41,771 nucleotides of DNA. Origin: a virus. Taxonomy: Duplodnaviria; Caudoviricetes. The DNA lies in the IMG/VR virus record IMGVR_UViG_3300022936_000016, positions 1 through 41,771 of that record; one strand, 5' to 3'. The notes under the pieces were generated by a model. That model was not told the DNA's origin. It saw nothing but the letters and a program-made list of their open reading frames with translations, and ran no database searches. Position numbers and translations under genes: made by a program. The number at the start of each line of letters is the position of its first letter. The first letter of the stretch is position 1. Positions 33,486 to 41,771 of the stretch are shown here, one piece after another.

Positions 33486-35423
33486 ATGGCCAAGGTGCTG
33501 AAAGCGGTCGGCACGGTGGCGGGCGTGGTGGCGATGATTCCGGGGCCGTGGCAGCTCCCCGCGGCGATCATCAGCGCGGTGGCGCTGGTCGGGGCGCAGG
33601 TGACGGCGAAAAAGCCCGGTTCGGTGGCGCAGGGGTCGGTCAACCAGCGCATTCTGGGGGCAAACAACGCCCAGCCATACATGATCGGGCGCAGCTACAC
33701 CGGCGGGGTGCAGGTGCACGATGCCGGGTGGGGCGGCAAGGTGGGCGATGTGCAGAACCCGTACCGCTTCATCGCGGCGCTGCTGAGCGTTTGCGGGCCG
33801 GTGCAGGCGATCGAGTCGGTGCAGGTCGATTACAGCGTGCAGGCGCTGAGCGGGACGGCGGCGACCGGGTATTATTCGGGCTATCTGTGGGTCGACAAGA
33901 AATTGGGCGCGCGGCCCGAGTCCGCGGCGCTGGCGCCGCAATGGTCGGGCTGCCCCGACTGGGGCTCGGCGTACAAGCTGTCGTCGCACGCCCAGCTCGG
34001 CTACAGCCTGAAATGGGACAAGGAAGGCGAGCGGTTTCCCGGCGGGCAGATGCCGGTGCTGGGCGCGATCGTCAGCGGCGTGAAGGTGTACGATCCGCGG
34101 CTCGACAGCACCTATCCGGGCGGGTCCGGATCGTGCCGCCTGGGCAATGAAAGCACCTATGTCTATTCGGCCAGCCCGGCGCTGCATTCGGCCACGTATG
34201 CTTATGGGCGGTACGTTTCCGGGGTGAAGGTGTTCGGCGTCGGCCTGGGGGCCGAGGGGGTCGAGTGGGCCGACGTGGTGCCGTGGGCCAACACCTGCGA
34301 TGCCAACGGGTGGGCCGCCAACGGCACGATTTACGAGCCGGGCGACAAGGCCAACAATCTGCGCCGCATTGCCGAGGCGGGCGCGGGCGTGGCGGTGCAG
34401 CGCGGCGGGGTGATCGGGTTCGATTTCCAGGCGCCGCGCACCAGCCTGTACACGATCGGGATCGACGATCTGGCGGGCGATATCCGCGCGCGCAGCGGCA
34501 AGGGGTGGAAGAGCCGCCACAACGTGCTGGTGCCGCGATATCGCGCCGAGGACCAGCAGTGGAATTACGCGCAGGCGGCCGAGGTTGCCAATGCCGGGTG
34601 GATCGCCGCCGACGGCGAGCGCAAGGTGGACGAACGGCAATGGGACCTGGTGACCGATGTTGACCAGGTGACCGAGCTGGCGATTTACGACCTGCACCAG
34701 CGCCGCGAGGCGGGGCCGTTCATCGTGCCGTGCAAGCCGCACATGCGCCATTTCGATCCGGGCGACTGCCTGACGCTGGGCGCCGACCTGGGCGTGCACC
34801 CCGCCGGGGCGGTCAAATGCGTGCTGCGCCGCACCTCGCGCGACCCGGGCGGGGTGGTGACGATGGAGTTCGAGGCCGAGACCGACGCCAAGCATGTCGC
34901 GGCGATCGGCGCGGCCGGCGCCGGGCCCGATCCGCGCGTGTTGCCGACCAGCGCCGAACTGGATGGCGCGGCCTGGCAGAACGCGCTGCCTGCGGGATAT
35001 GGCGCGACGCTGACCGCGACCAGCTACGTCACGCTGGCCAGCGGGGTCAGCGTGCTGCTGAGCGCGACCGCGACCACGATCACGGTGGCGAGCCATTATC
35101 GCCAGTACTCCGACAAGGTGGTGGCGGTGACCGGGGCAACGGTTTCGGTCGAGGACGACGGAACCACGCCGATCGACGATGCCGCCGCCTATTACCTGTA
35201 TTACGACGATGCGGCGCGCGCGGGCGGGGCGGTGGCGTTCAAGGCCACGCGATACGCGCCGCTGGCGATCAACAGCGCCGCCAACCCGACGCGGCATTTC
35301 GTCGGCGCGGTGACCACCGACACCGTCGGCGGCACCGGCACCAGCGGCGGCGGCGCGACGCCGCCGGGCTTTGGCGGCGGCAGTGGCGGGGCCGGGTGGA
35401 ACACCGAACTGCCATCGGACTGA
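33486..35423 (+). CDS. Tail tip/central fibre protein (gpJ-like)
   Basis: PYMIGR..GG, GVKVYDPRLDST, WANTCD, YLYYDD. Confidence 0.85.
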   Translation: MAKVLKAVGTVAGVVAMIPGPWQLPAAIISAVALVGAQVTAKKPGSVAQGSVNQRILGANNAQPYMIGRSYTGGVQVHDAGWGGKVGDVQNPYRFIAALLSVCGPVQAIESVQVDYSVQALSGTAATGYYSGYLWVDKKLGARPESAALAPQWSGCPDWGSAYKLSSHAQLGYSLKWDKEGERFPGGQMPVLGAIVSGVKVYDPRLDSTYPGGSGSCRLGNESTYVYSASPALHSATYAYGRYVSGVKVFGVGLGAEGVEWADVVPWANTCDANGWAANGTIYEPGDKANNLRRIAEAGAGVAVQRGGVIGFDFQAPRTSLYTIGIDDLAGDIRARSGKGWKSRHNVLVPRYRAEDQQWNYAQAAEVANAGWIAADGERKVDERQWDLVTDVDQVTELAIYDLHQRREAGPFIVPCKPHMRHFDPGDCLTLGADLGVHPAGAVKCVLRRTSRDPGGVVTMEFEAETDAKHVAAIGAAGAGPDPRVLPTSAELDGAAWQNALPAGYGATLTATSYVTLASGVSVLLSATATTITVASHYRQYSDKVVAVTGATVSVEDDGTTPIDDAAAYYLYYDDAARAGGAVAFKATRYAPLAINSAANPTRHFVGAVTTDTVGGTGTSGGGATPPGFGGGSGGAGWNTELPSD

Positions 35424-35467
35424 TGCCCGGACGGGCGCACGACCACGATCTGCAAAGGACAGGATGA

Positions 35468-35866
35468 ATGACCAGCCAATGGAATGCCTGGCTGACCCAG
35501 CTGGCGCGCGACGACCAGGGCGGTTTGGCGCTGGAAATGCCGGCGATCGTGCGCGGGCTGCCATGGGCGGCGGTGTTTCGCTTCGCCGCCGATTACAGCG
35601 ACAACAGCTTCGCCGGCGGGGTCAGCATGGCGCCCGATTCCGATGCGGTGCTGCACAATTTCGAGAGCGTGGTGGCCGGGGCTTTTTCGGGCGGCGTCAC
35701 CGACGTAACCGCGACGCTCAGCGCTGCGCAGACTGATGCGATGCCGGCGGACGACGAAGCCACCGGGCTGGTCGAGCTGGTGTTCGAATTGCGTCGCACC
35801 CCGCTTGGTGCCGGAACGATGCGCGCGGCGGCCGGGGTGGTCGTTGTTTCGGGGCGCGGCGCGTGA
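35468..35866 (+). CDS. Hypothetical tail adaptor protein
   Basis: I.RG..W..TLSAAQT..P..FEL, resembling BppU N-terminal-type adaptors; coupled to the next gene. Confidence 0.55.
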   Translation: MTSQWNAWLTQLARDDQGGLALEMPAIVRGLPWAAVFRFAADYSDNSFAGGVSMAPDSDAVLHNFESVVAGAFSGGVTDVTATLSAAQTDAMPADDEATGLVELVFELRRTPLGAGTMRAAAGVVVVSGRGA

Positions 35867-37956
35867 GCCGCTTCTTCACCCGCGGCGACAGCGGTGAGCG
35901 CGTGGTGACGCAGATCGTTCGGGCGCCTGTGCTGGTCGGGGTGTCGCCGGTCGCGCCGCCCTATCAGCCCGAGAGCATACTGCCCGGTGCGGGCTGGACG
36001 GGTACGGCGGGCAGCGGCTTCGCATCGGCGCCCGCCGACCCCACGCGCACCACCGCGAAGCCGGCATGCCGCCTGCTGCAGCCGCCGAACCAGTGGTTTA
36101 CCGACACGCTGACGATCGGCGTGTGGGCGGGTGCCAATGATGGCGGATCGCTGCTTAATAATCTCGGGCTGGAAAAGGTCCGGGTCTATTGGGAAAGCGA
36201 CACCCCGCACGACATCCTGTTCCCGACCGTGCGCAGCTTCGCCGGCGTCGACGGCGTCACCCGGTCCTATCTGGGCTGGTGGATCACCCTCAAGAAGCCC
36301 GCGGGCGCGTCCGGACATGGGAACGTCTATTTCGAGGCGGTGCCGCGCGATGCGACGATGCAGCGCCGGGTGATCGGGCCGTACCAGTTCAGCCCGCAGC
36401 CCGCGCTGTACAGCCCGGATGTGACAATCGAGCCATCGCAATCGGTGATCACGGGGAGCCGCTATCAGACCTGGCAAGCCGCGCTCGCTTATGTCGAGGC
36501 GCAGAACCCCGGCAACGCGCGGATCACCTTCAAGGAGGCGATGAACCTCGATCTGTCGACCAGTGGCACCAGTTATGCGGGCGGGGCTGGGTACATCTAT
36601 GTCGAGGCGACTGCGCCGGTCACGTTCAAGAAGGCCAGCTTCTCCACCAGCGGAACCGCGCGATTGTTCCGCACCGGCGTCGACGGGCTGTGGTTCCGGG
36701 GGCCGAACATCACGTTCGATTTCAAGGACGTGGCCTATATCTATCACGAGAACATCGCCAACCGCCCGCACGTGTTCGAGGGTGTTAACTTCATCAAGAG
36801 CGACGGCGCGAACGCCACCTTCATGCTCAGCACCAGCGACACCACGTTCATCGCGCGCAATCGGCCATGGTTCTTGGAATGCACCGTCGACAGCATCTCG
36901 CTCCCGTTCGCCGGCGCTGACACCGTGCGCGGGTGCAGTGGCGGGAACGGCGTCGATGACCTGTTCAGCACGGTGTATTGCTGCGTCGGGAACACTTTCC
37001 ACACCTGGGGCAGCGGCAACTGGCGCACGCCGATCAACGCGTTGACCGTCCAGTATTCGGGCAGCGGCACCGGCACGATCGAAATCAGCGGGGCAAACAA
37101 CACGGCCCGCACCGTCACCGCCAAGGTGGCGGGTGCGTCGGTCGGCACGTTCTCGATCCAAGTTGGCGAGGCGGCCTTCATCGCCAACACCAATTACACG
37201 GTGGCGAACGTAGCCGCATGGATCAACAGCTTGTCAGGCTGGTCGGCCACCGCGCTGAACAACACTCGCCGGGCGGCGACGCTTTCGCTGCCGGGCACGA
37301 CCTCCTTCGGGGCGTTCGGCGCGACCAACGCCAAGACTGCGCCACTGACCCTGATCACCGCCTTCGATCTGCACACCGACATGTGGCGGCTGTTCACCGG
37401 CACGCAGGAGAATATCGTCTGCGCGGACAATGTGTTCTACAATGTCGGCGGGCAGGGTTTCTTCGTCAATTCGAACGGCGGGACCGGCCTGCGCGACGTG
37501 ATGATCGTCAACAACTCGCTGGAGATGAACCAGGCCGACCCCGACACGGTCAACTCCTTCACCCAGCTGAGCGATATCCAAAGCCACGTCGTGTACGCAC
37601 ACAATTCGCAGACGCAGCAGGTCAACCTGCGCAAGGACGGCAGCTACAACCCCGACGCTTATTGCCTGGTGGCGAACAATGTCGCGCCGGCGATCGTGTG
37701 GGCGGGCACTGGCAGCCCGACCGATGCCGATCTGGTGATCAAGGGGAATCACCTGTTCACAGGCGCAACCGCGCCGGCCGGGGCGACCGGCACCACCATT
37801 GGCGGCAACGAGGCGAGCCTGTTCGTCGATGCCGGCAGTGGCGACTTCACCCCGCAGGGGGCGCTGCTGACCAACCTCAAGACCCCGCTGCTCGCGCGCG
37901 ACCGCTCCGGCGTGGCGCGCGGTGCATCGGCCCCGGCCGGCGCGCTGGCGGGCTGA
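35863..37956 (+). CDS. Tail spike/receptor-binding protein with probable right-handed beta-helix
   Basis: Asn-ladder pattern ADNVFYN..IVNN..AHNS..ANNV..KGN; cap LFVDAGSGDFTP..RDRSG.AR. Confidence 0.7.
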   Translation: MSRFFTRGDSGERVVTQIVRAPVLVGVSPVAPPYQPESILPGAGWTGTAGSGFASAPADPTRTTAKPACRLLQPPNQWFTDTLTIGVWAGANDGGSLLNNLGLEKVRVYWESDTPHDILFPTVRSFAGVDGVTRSYLGWWITLKKPAGASGHGNVYFEAVPRDATMQRRVIGPYQFSPQPALYSPDVTIEPSQSVITGSRYQTWQAALAYVEAQNPGNARITFKEAMNLDLSTSGTSYAGGAGYIYVEATAPVTFKKASFSTSGTARLFRTGVDGLWFRGPNITFDFKDVAYIYHENIANRPHVFEGVNFIKSDGANATFMLSTSDTTFIARNRPWFLECTVDSISLPFAGADTVRGCSGGNGVDDLFSTVYCCVGNTFHTWGSGNWRTPINALTVQYSGSGTGTIEISGANNTARTVTAKVAGASVGTFSIQVGEAAFIANTNYTVANVAAWINSLSGWSATALNNTRRAATLSLPGTTSFGAFGATNAKTAPLTLITAFDLHTDMWRLFTGTQENIVCADNVFYNVGGQGFFVNSNGGTGLRDVMIVNNSLEMNQADPDTVNSFTQLSDIQSHVVYAHNSQTQQVNLRKDGSYNPDAYCLVANNVAPAIVWAGTGSPTDADLVIKGNHLFTGATAPAGATGTTIGGNEASLFVDAGSGDFTPQGALLTNLKTPLLARDRSGVARGASAPAGALAG

Positions 37957-38019
37957 CCAGACCCTTCGCAGGAGACAACCGATGCACGACACGATCCGGC
38001 GCCATCAGGTGCCCGGCTG

Positions 38020-38484
38020 ATGGACTGGGCCCAGATACTCACCAGCACCGGCTCCATCGGCGCCGTCGCCATGGCGGCGGCGGCGTGGATCAAAACGCGG
38101 CCGGCGCTGATCACAGCCGAAACGCAGAGCGAGGTGGCGATCAAAGAGGTCGAGCTGAAGGGCGAGGATGCCCTGTGGCGGCGCGTGGTCGCGCTTGAGG
38201 ACAAGCTCGAGGCGGAGCGCTCCGAGTGCGACGAACGCATCGGGCGGATGGAGGAGCGCCATGGCAAGGACATCCGCGAAATCCGGGGCCAGGTGCAGAT
38301 CCTGCGCCACGAGCGCAACAACATCCGCATGGCGCTGATCGGGCTGTTCGCGGCGATCAAGCGCACCGACGACGACGAGATGAAGCGGATCGTCGTGCTG
38401 GTCGAGGAAATGTTCGAGCGGGGCGACCGCACGATCGCGGTCGAAAAGGCGGAGATGACCGCCGGCGACAAGGAAACCAACTGA
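38020..38484 (+). CDS. Membrane-anchored coiled-coil protein of the lysis module (holin/antiholin-like)
   Basis: One N-terminal hydrophobic segment followed by a coiled coil; coupled to the endolysin. Confidence 0.55.
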   Translation: MDWAQILTSTGSIGAVAMAAAAWIKTRPALITAETQSEVAIKEVELKGEDALWRRVVALEDKLEAERSECDERIGRMEERHGKDIREIRGQVQILRHERNNIRMALIGLFAAIKRTDDDEMKRIVVLVEEMFERGDRTIAVEKAEMTAGDKETN

Positions 38485-38981
38485 TGGGCAACGCTATCGC
38501 CTGGCCGCTGGCGCGCAACCGCATCCGCCGCGGGCTGGACAACCACACCTTCGGCATGGTCCGGCGCAACGCCGACGGCACGCGCCGCCCGCACCAGGGC
38601 TGGGATTTCGAGGCGCGCGACGGCACGCCGTGCTTCGCGGTGGCCGATGGCGCGGTGCACCTGGTGCGCGACGGCGGCGACTACGGCCGGCAGATCGTGC
38701 TGCGGTTCGAATTCGACCACGACGGTGACGGGCAGCGCGACCTGCTGTTCGCGTTCTACGCCCATCTTTCGCGGATCGACGTGCGCGACGGCAACAAGGT
38801 GGCGAAGGGCCAGCAGATCGGCCTGACCGGCAGCACCGGCAACGCCCAGGGCATGGACGCGGTCGACCAGCATTTGCATTTCGAACTGCGCACCAAGGCG
38901 CTGCCTGCGCGCGGACTGGACGGGCGGCTGTCGCCGCTGGTGATCTTCGGGCGGTGCCCGCTGCGGCAGGCGGTGTCGTGA
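38484..38981 (+). CDS. M23-family peptidase endolysin
   Basis: HQGWD (HxxxD), YAHL, IGLTGSTG, HLHFE (HxH); start re-picked at TGATG. Confidence 0.88.
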   Translation: MGNAIAWPLARNRIRRGLDNHTFGMVRRNADGTRRPHQGWDFEARDGTPCFAVADGAVHLVRDGGDYGRQIVLRFEFDHDGDGQRDLLFAFYAHLSRIDVRDGNKVAKGQQIGLTGSTGNAQGMDAVDQHLHFELRTKALPARGLDGRLSPLVIFGRCPLRQAVS

Positions 38982-39343
38982 CCGACCGCGGCGCTGCCGT
39001 GCTGATCGGGCTTGGCGCCGTGCTGGCGGTGCTGGCGATCGCGTGGCTGCTGCGGCGCGCGGTGGCAGGGATAAAGTTCCCCGACATCGCTACCGCCGAC
39101 GGGCGCCGCGCGTGGTCGTTTCTGGCGATCTGCGGCGGCTGCATGGTGTTCACCGTGTTCGCCGCGGTGGGTGTGTACCAGGTGCGGCACGTGCCCGGCT
39201 TGTCGTTCTGGCTGGCGCTGGCCGCCCATCTGCAGGTGCTGGTCGGTCTGCTCGCGCTGGGCTGGACGCTCGGCCGGCGGATGCGCGGGCGCGTGGGGCG
39301 CGACGGGTTTGAATTCGACGATAGGGAAGGACCGCACCAATGA
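38978..39343 (+). CDS. Probable holin (3 TM)
   Basis: Three hydrophobic segments and a charged C-terminus; between endolysin and spanin. Confidence 0.6.
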   Translation: MTDRGAAVLIGLGAVLAVLAIAWLLRRAVAGIKFPDIATADGRRAWSFLAICGGCMVFTVFAAVGVYQVRHVPGLSFWLALAAHLQVLVGLLALGWTLGRRMRGRVGRDGFEFDDREGPHQ

Positions 39344-39912
39344 TTGCCCGTTTGCAAATGTTCGCCGCCCGGGTCGGGCTGACCGGGCTCGCCTTGGCCA
39401 TCCTGCTCGCGCTGCTGGCGCTGCAGACTGTGCGGATCGAGGGGTTCGCTTTGTGGCCGCTGCAGTGGGAAGGGCTCAAGACCGAGAACGCCGGCCTGCG
39501 CGACGAAATCCGGGCGCTGGAGAAGAAACTCGACCGCGTGGCGGAGGCCCAGGCCGTGGCGGCCCAGCGCGCCGCAGCGTTCCGCCTGGCGGAGCAACAG
39601 CGATTTCAGGACATGAAGGAGAAGACCGATGCCGAACTGGAAAATGCCCGCGTGGCGGCGATGGATGATGCTCGCCGTTTTATCGAGCGCAACCGCGTGC
39701 GCCCGCCCGCCGCTGGTGGTGCAGGCGGCGGACCCGCTGCCCCCGGCGGAGATCGCGATTCCGGCGGCGCTGTGCAAGCCGGTGGCGCGGCCGAGCTGGA
39801 TGACTGGGTCGCCGTCCCCGCGGGCGACGTGCTGATCTGCACCGACAACACGCTGCGGCTCGAGGCCGGGCAGGACTGGGCGGCGGGGCTCAACTGGGTG
39901 CCGCCGGATTGA
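39340..39912 (+). CDS. i-spanin (Rz-like)
   Basis: N-terminal TM segment, long coiled coil, C-terminal Cys (ICTDN). Confidence 0.7.
   Translation: MIARLQMFAARVGLTGLALAILLALLALQTVRIEGFALWPLQWEGLKTENAGLRDEIRALEKKLDRVAEAQAVAAQRAAAFRLAEQQRFQDMKEKTDAELENARVAAMDDARRFIERNRVRPPAAGGAGGGPAAPGGDRDSGGAVQAGGAAELDDWVAVPAGDVLICTDNTLRLEAGQDWAAGLNWVPPD
39629..39835 (+). CDS. Embedded o-spanin (Rz1-like lipoprotein)
   Basis: +1 frame inside the Rz-like gene; AGGAG RBS; MMLAVLSSATAC lipobox-like; Pro-rich mature part. Confidence 0.6.
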   Translation: MPNWKMPAWRRWMMLAVLSSATACARPPLVVQAADPLPPAEIAIPAALCKPVARPSWMTGSPSPRATC

Positions 39913-40097
39913 GTCCTTTGCATGATCCGCAAAACTCCCCGCACGTAGGGCTGGTATTGCTCAGAGCGCCCTGAAGCACCTTGTTGCTCAACCCCAGTCG
40001 GGATACGACCACCGAGGGGCATAAGGGGGCGGATCTGAAACATATCAACCTTTCGTCCGGGGCTTTGGTGGGACGATTGAGGCGTAAAAAAAGGGTC

Positions 40098-41078
40098 ATG
40101 CGCGGGATTGCGGGCAGAATTCCAGCGATCGATGGTTTGCGCGCTGTCGCTGTCGGCCTTGTTTTTGCCTCCCATGCCTACCCCAAGTACTTCCCCGGCG
40201 GCTTCGTTGGGGTCGATATCTTCTTTGTTATCAGCGGTTACGTCATCACGCGGAGCTTGATCGCGGACGGCCTCGATCTGCGCCGTTTCTACCTGCACCG
40301 ATTTCTCAGGATCGTCCCGCCCATTTTGCCGGTGTTGGCGGCGGTGATCCTGTCGATCGCGCTGGGCTCTACCTACACCCGCCCGATCGACGTGCTCGCT
40401 GCTGGGGCGAGCTTTATGAACATTCTGCGCGCCGCAGATATTTCTCATGGGGGCGCGCTGGGGCATTTCTGGTCGCTGTCGGTTGAGGAACAGTTCTACC
40501 TTCTGTGGCCAGCGCTATTCCTATTGGTCGGGAAGCGGCAGGCAGCGATCGGCGCTTTCATGATCGCCCTGTTCGCCTGGCAGGTGGGGCTTTATCTCAT
40601 GACCGGCGATGCCGATCGGGTTTACAACGGGCTCGACACGCGTGGTGCGCAGCTGCTGGTCGGGTGCTTGCTTGCGGTGTGGAATCCCCGCGGCCGTTCG
40701 TGGTGGCTGGTGGCACCGTTGGCTGCCCTGGGGCCGTTCATCCTGCTGGTGCGATTCGACAGCGCTTTCTACCTGACGTTCGGCATGCCCCTTGCGGCCC
40801 TCGGCGCGGCGCTCACGATCGCCGTTCTCGCGGGACCGCAGACGGTGGCCCACACCATCCTCGAGAGCCGGCCTCTCCAATGGGGAGGCAGCCGATCATA
40901 CGCGCTGTACTTGTGGCATTATCCCCTGCTGATCTGGGGCTTCGCCGCATCGCCTGATGGATGGCCCGCGTTGGTCACGGTGTCGCTGGCGCTTACCGCG
41001 ACTCTGCTGGCAGCGGAGCTTTCGTACAGATTGATTGAGCGACCTGCCCGGGATTTGCGGGAACGGTTCGCCCGATGA
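40098..41078 (+). CDS. Acyltransferase-3 (OafA/Oac-like) membrane O-acyltransferase, moron
   Basis: IDGLRAVAV..H, GGFVGVDIFFVISGYVI, FY.HR..RI.P, HFWSLSVEEQFY, SYALYLWHYP, SY..IERP; no SGNH domain. Confidence 0.92.
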   Translation: MRGIAGRIPAIDGLRAVAVGLVFASHAYPKYFPGGFVGVDIFFVISGYVITRSLIADGLDLRRFYLHRFLRIVPPILPVLAAVILSIALGSTYTRPIDVLAAGASFMNILRAADISHGGALGHFWSLSVEEQFYLLWPALFLLVGKRQAAIGAFMIALFAWQVGLYLMTGDADRVYNGLDTRGAQLLVGCLLAVWNPRGRSWWLVAPLAALGPFILLVRFDSAFYLTFGMPLAALGAALTIAVLAGPQTVAHTILESRPLQWGGSRSYALYLWHYPLLIWGFAASPDGWPALVTVSLALTATLLAAELSYRLIERPARDLRERFAR

Positions 41079-41189
41079 TGCAAAGAGCCGGAGCCCTCGC
41101 CGCTGGCCCCAATCTTCCTTATCGGGCCACTAGGGTGCCACTGGATTGAGGAACCCCAAAGCGCCCGCCCTGAAATATGCAGGTGCTTT

Positions 41190-41204
41190 GTTCTCTGGAT
41201 GTTC
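41190..41204 (+). promoter_or_regulatory. Alphaproteobacterial LexA box
   Basis: GTTC-TCTGGAT-GTTC is an exact GTTC-N7-GTTC, 11 nt upstream of ATG 41216. Confidence 0.8.
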
Positions 41205-41215
41205 CTATCTGCCCG

Positions 41216-41771
41216 ATGCCCGACTCGCGCAACACGCCGGATGCCATGACCAGGATGGCGCTGCGGACGCTGGAAGATGCGTTGGCGCGCGCCGAGGCGG
41301 GGCCGGTCGAGCGCAGCTGGGGCCACCGTCTCGCATTGCAATGGCTGTTGGACGCCGGAGTCGCCGAGCCGTGGCAGGTGAGGTCGTTCTGGGCCGAGAT
41401 GGGCGACCATCGCGTCAGCTGCGCCGGGCACCACGATGCGGTTATGGCGCGCACGCAAGGGATGCTGCCGCCGCTCAGGGCCTGGTACGGCAAGCTGAAG
41501 TGGCAGGAGCCGAGCTGCGTAACGCGGAGCCGCTGGGCCCGCCCCTATGTGCTCGCGCTTGACTCCATCAGCGGCACGCATGACCTGCCCTGCATGTGCA
41601 ATCGGTATCAGCCAGGCGAGCGCCGCCATACCCGCGACCTGTTCCGCGCGCGCGAGTTTCGCGCGTTCAACGACGGGCCGACCATCGTGCATCCCAAGGA
41701 TCCCGGCATTGTCGTGCGCATGCAGGATGGCGAGTTGGTGCTCGACCAGATGGGCTGGGGCTTCCCGGTCA
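41216..41771 (+). CDS. LexA-boxed hypothetical domain (126 aa) running in frame into the SRAP N-terminus; open at the window end
   Basis: Hand translation MPDSRNTPDAMTRMALRTLEDAL..RLALQWL..FW..HDLPC-MCNRYQ; no stop before nt 41771. Confidence 0.7.
   Translation, partial: MPDSRNTPDAMTRMALRTLEDALARAEAGPVERSWGHRLALQWLLDAGVAEPWQVRSFWAEMGDHRVSCAGHHDAVMARTQGMLPPLRAWYGKLKWQEPSCVTRSRWARPYVLALDSISGTHDLPCMCNRYQPGERRHTRDLFRAREFRAFNDGPTIVHPKDPGIVVRMQDGELVLDQMGWGFPV
41594..41771 (+). CDS. SRAP/YedK family protein, N-terminal part
   Basis: MCNRY (catalytic Cys2)...VHPKDPG.VVR..MGWGFP. Confidence 0.88.
   Translation, partial: MCNRYQPGERRHTRDLFRAREFRAFNDGPTIVHPKDPGIVVRMQDGELVLDQMGWGFPV

Larger units (their letters stand above)
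1..41771. mobile_element. Temperate siphovirus genome in excised/circularly permuted form
   Basis: Integration, immunity, replication, packaging, head, tail and lysis modules all present; no host housekeeping flanks; attP internal; SRAP gene split across the two ends. Confidence 0.95.

Noticed and set aside
33486-37956. Diversity-generating retroelement or shufflon acting on tail fibres
   Set aside because: No reverse transcriptase, invertase or duplicated template/variable repeat seen
41763-41771. CCCGGT shared by both window ends as a terminal repeat
   Set aside because: Only 6 bp, and merging on it breaks the SRAP frame; likely chance

Overview
The window is essentially one whole temperate siphovirus genome (~41.8 kb, high GC, HK97-type head, lambda-like tail) of an alphaproteobacterium. 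The host class is inferred from a GTTC-N7-GTTC LexA box and GcrA/MmcB homologues; Sphingomonadaceae is my best guess. It appears in excised, circular form: an intact attP (core resembling the 3' end of a tRNA-Asn, flanked by four AGGTTGGAC arm repeats) lies at 664-859, and the SRAP gene that starts at the right end continues in frame at position 1. Gene order: attP, int, xis-like, leftward early operon (MmcB, beta-class DNA MTase, tandem-GcrA-domain protein), lambda-like OL/cI/OR/cro switch, rightward early genes (incl. a phage DnaN clamp and a P4/D5 helicase followed by an iteron-like origin), HNH/terminase, head, neck, tail, lysis, an acyltransferase-3 moron and a LexA-boxed SRAP locus. Best candidates for new biology: (1) a neck/head insertion encoding a probable spike base plus a 1081-aa fibre-like protein with a PhoD phosphatase domain, a cadherin domain and a lectin-like end; (2) a possible methylation-sensitive switch (GANTC inside both main operators, an orphan MTase, and a double-GcrA-domain protein); (3) a LexA-boxed ORF fused in frame to SRAP. 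All calls come from motif recognition by eye; no searches were run, and several starts were re-picked from RBS or stop/start overlaps.
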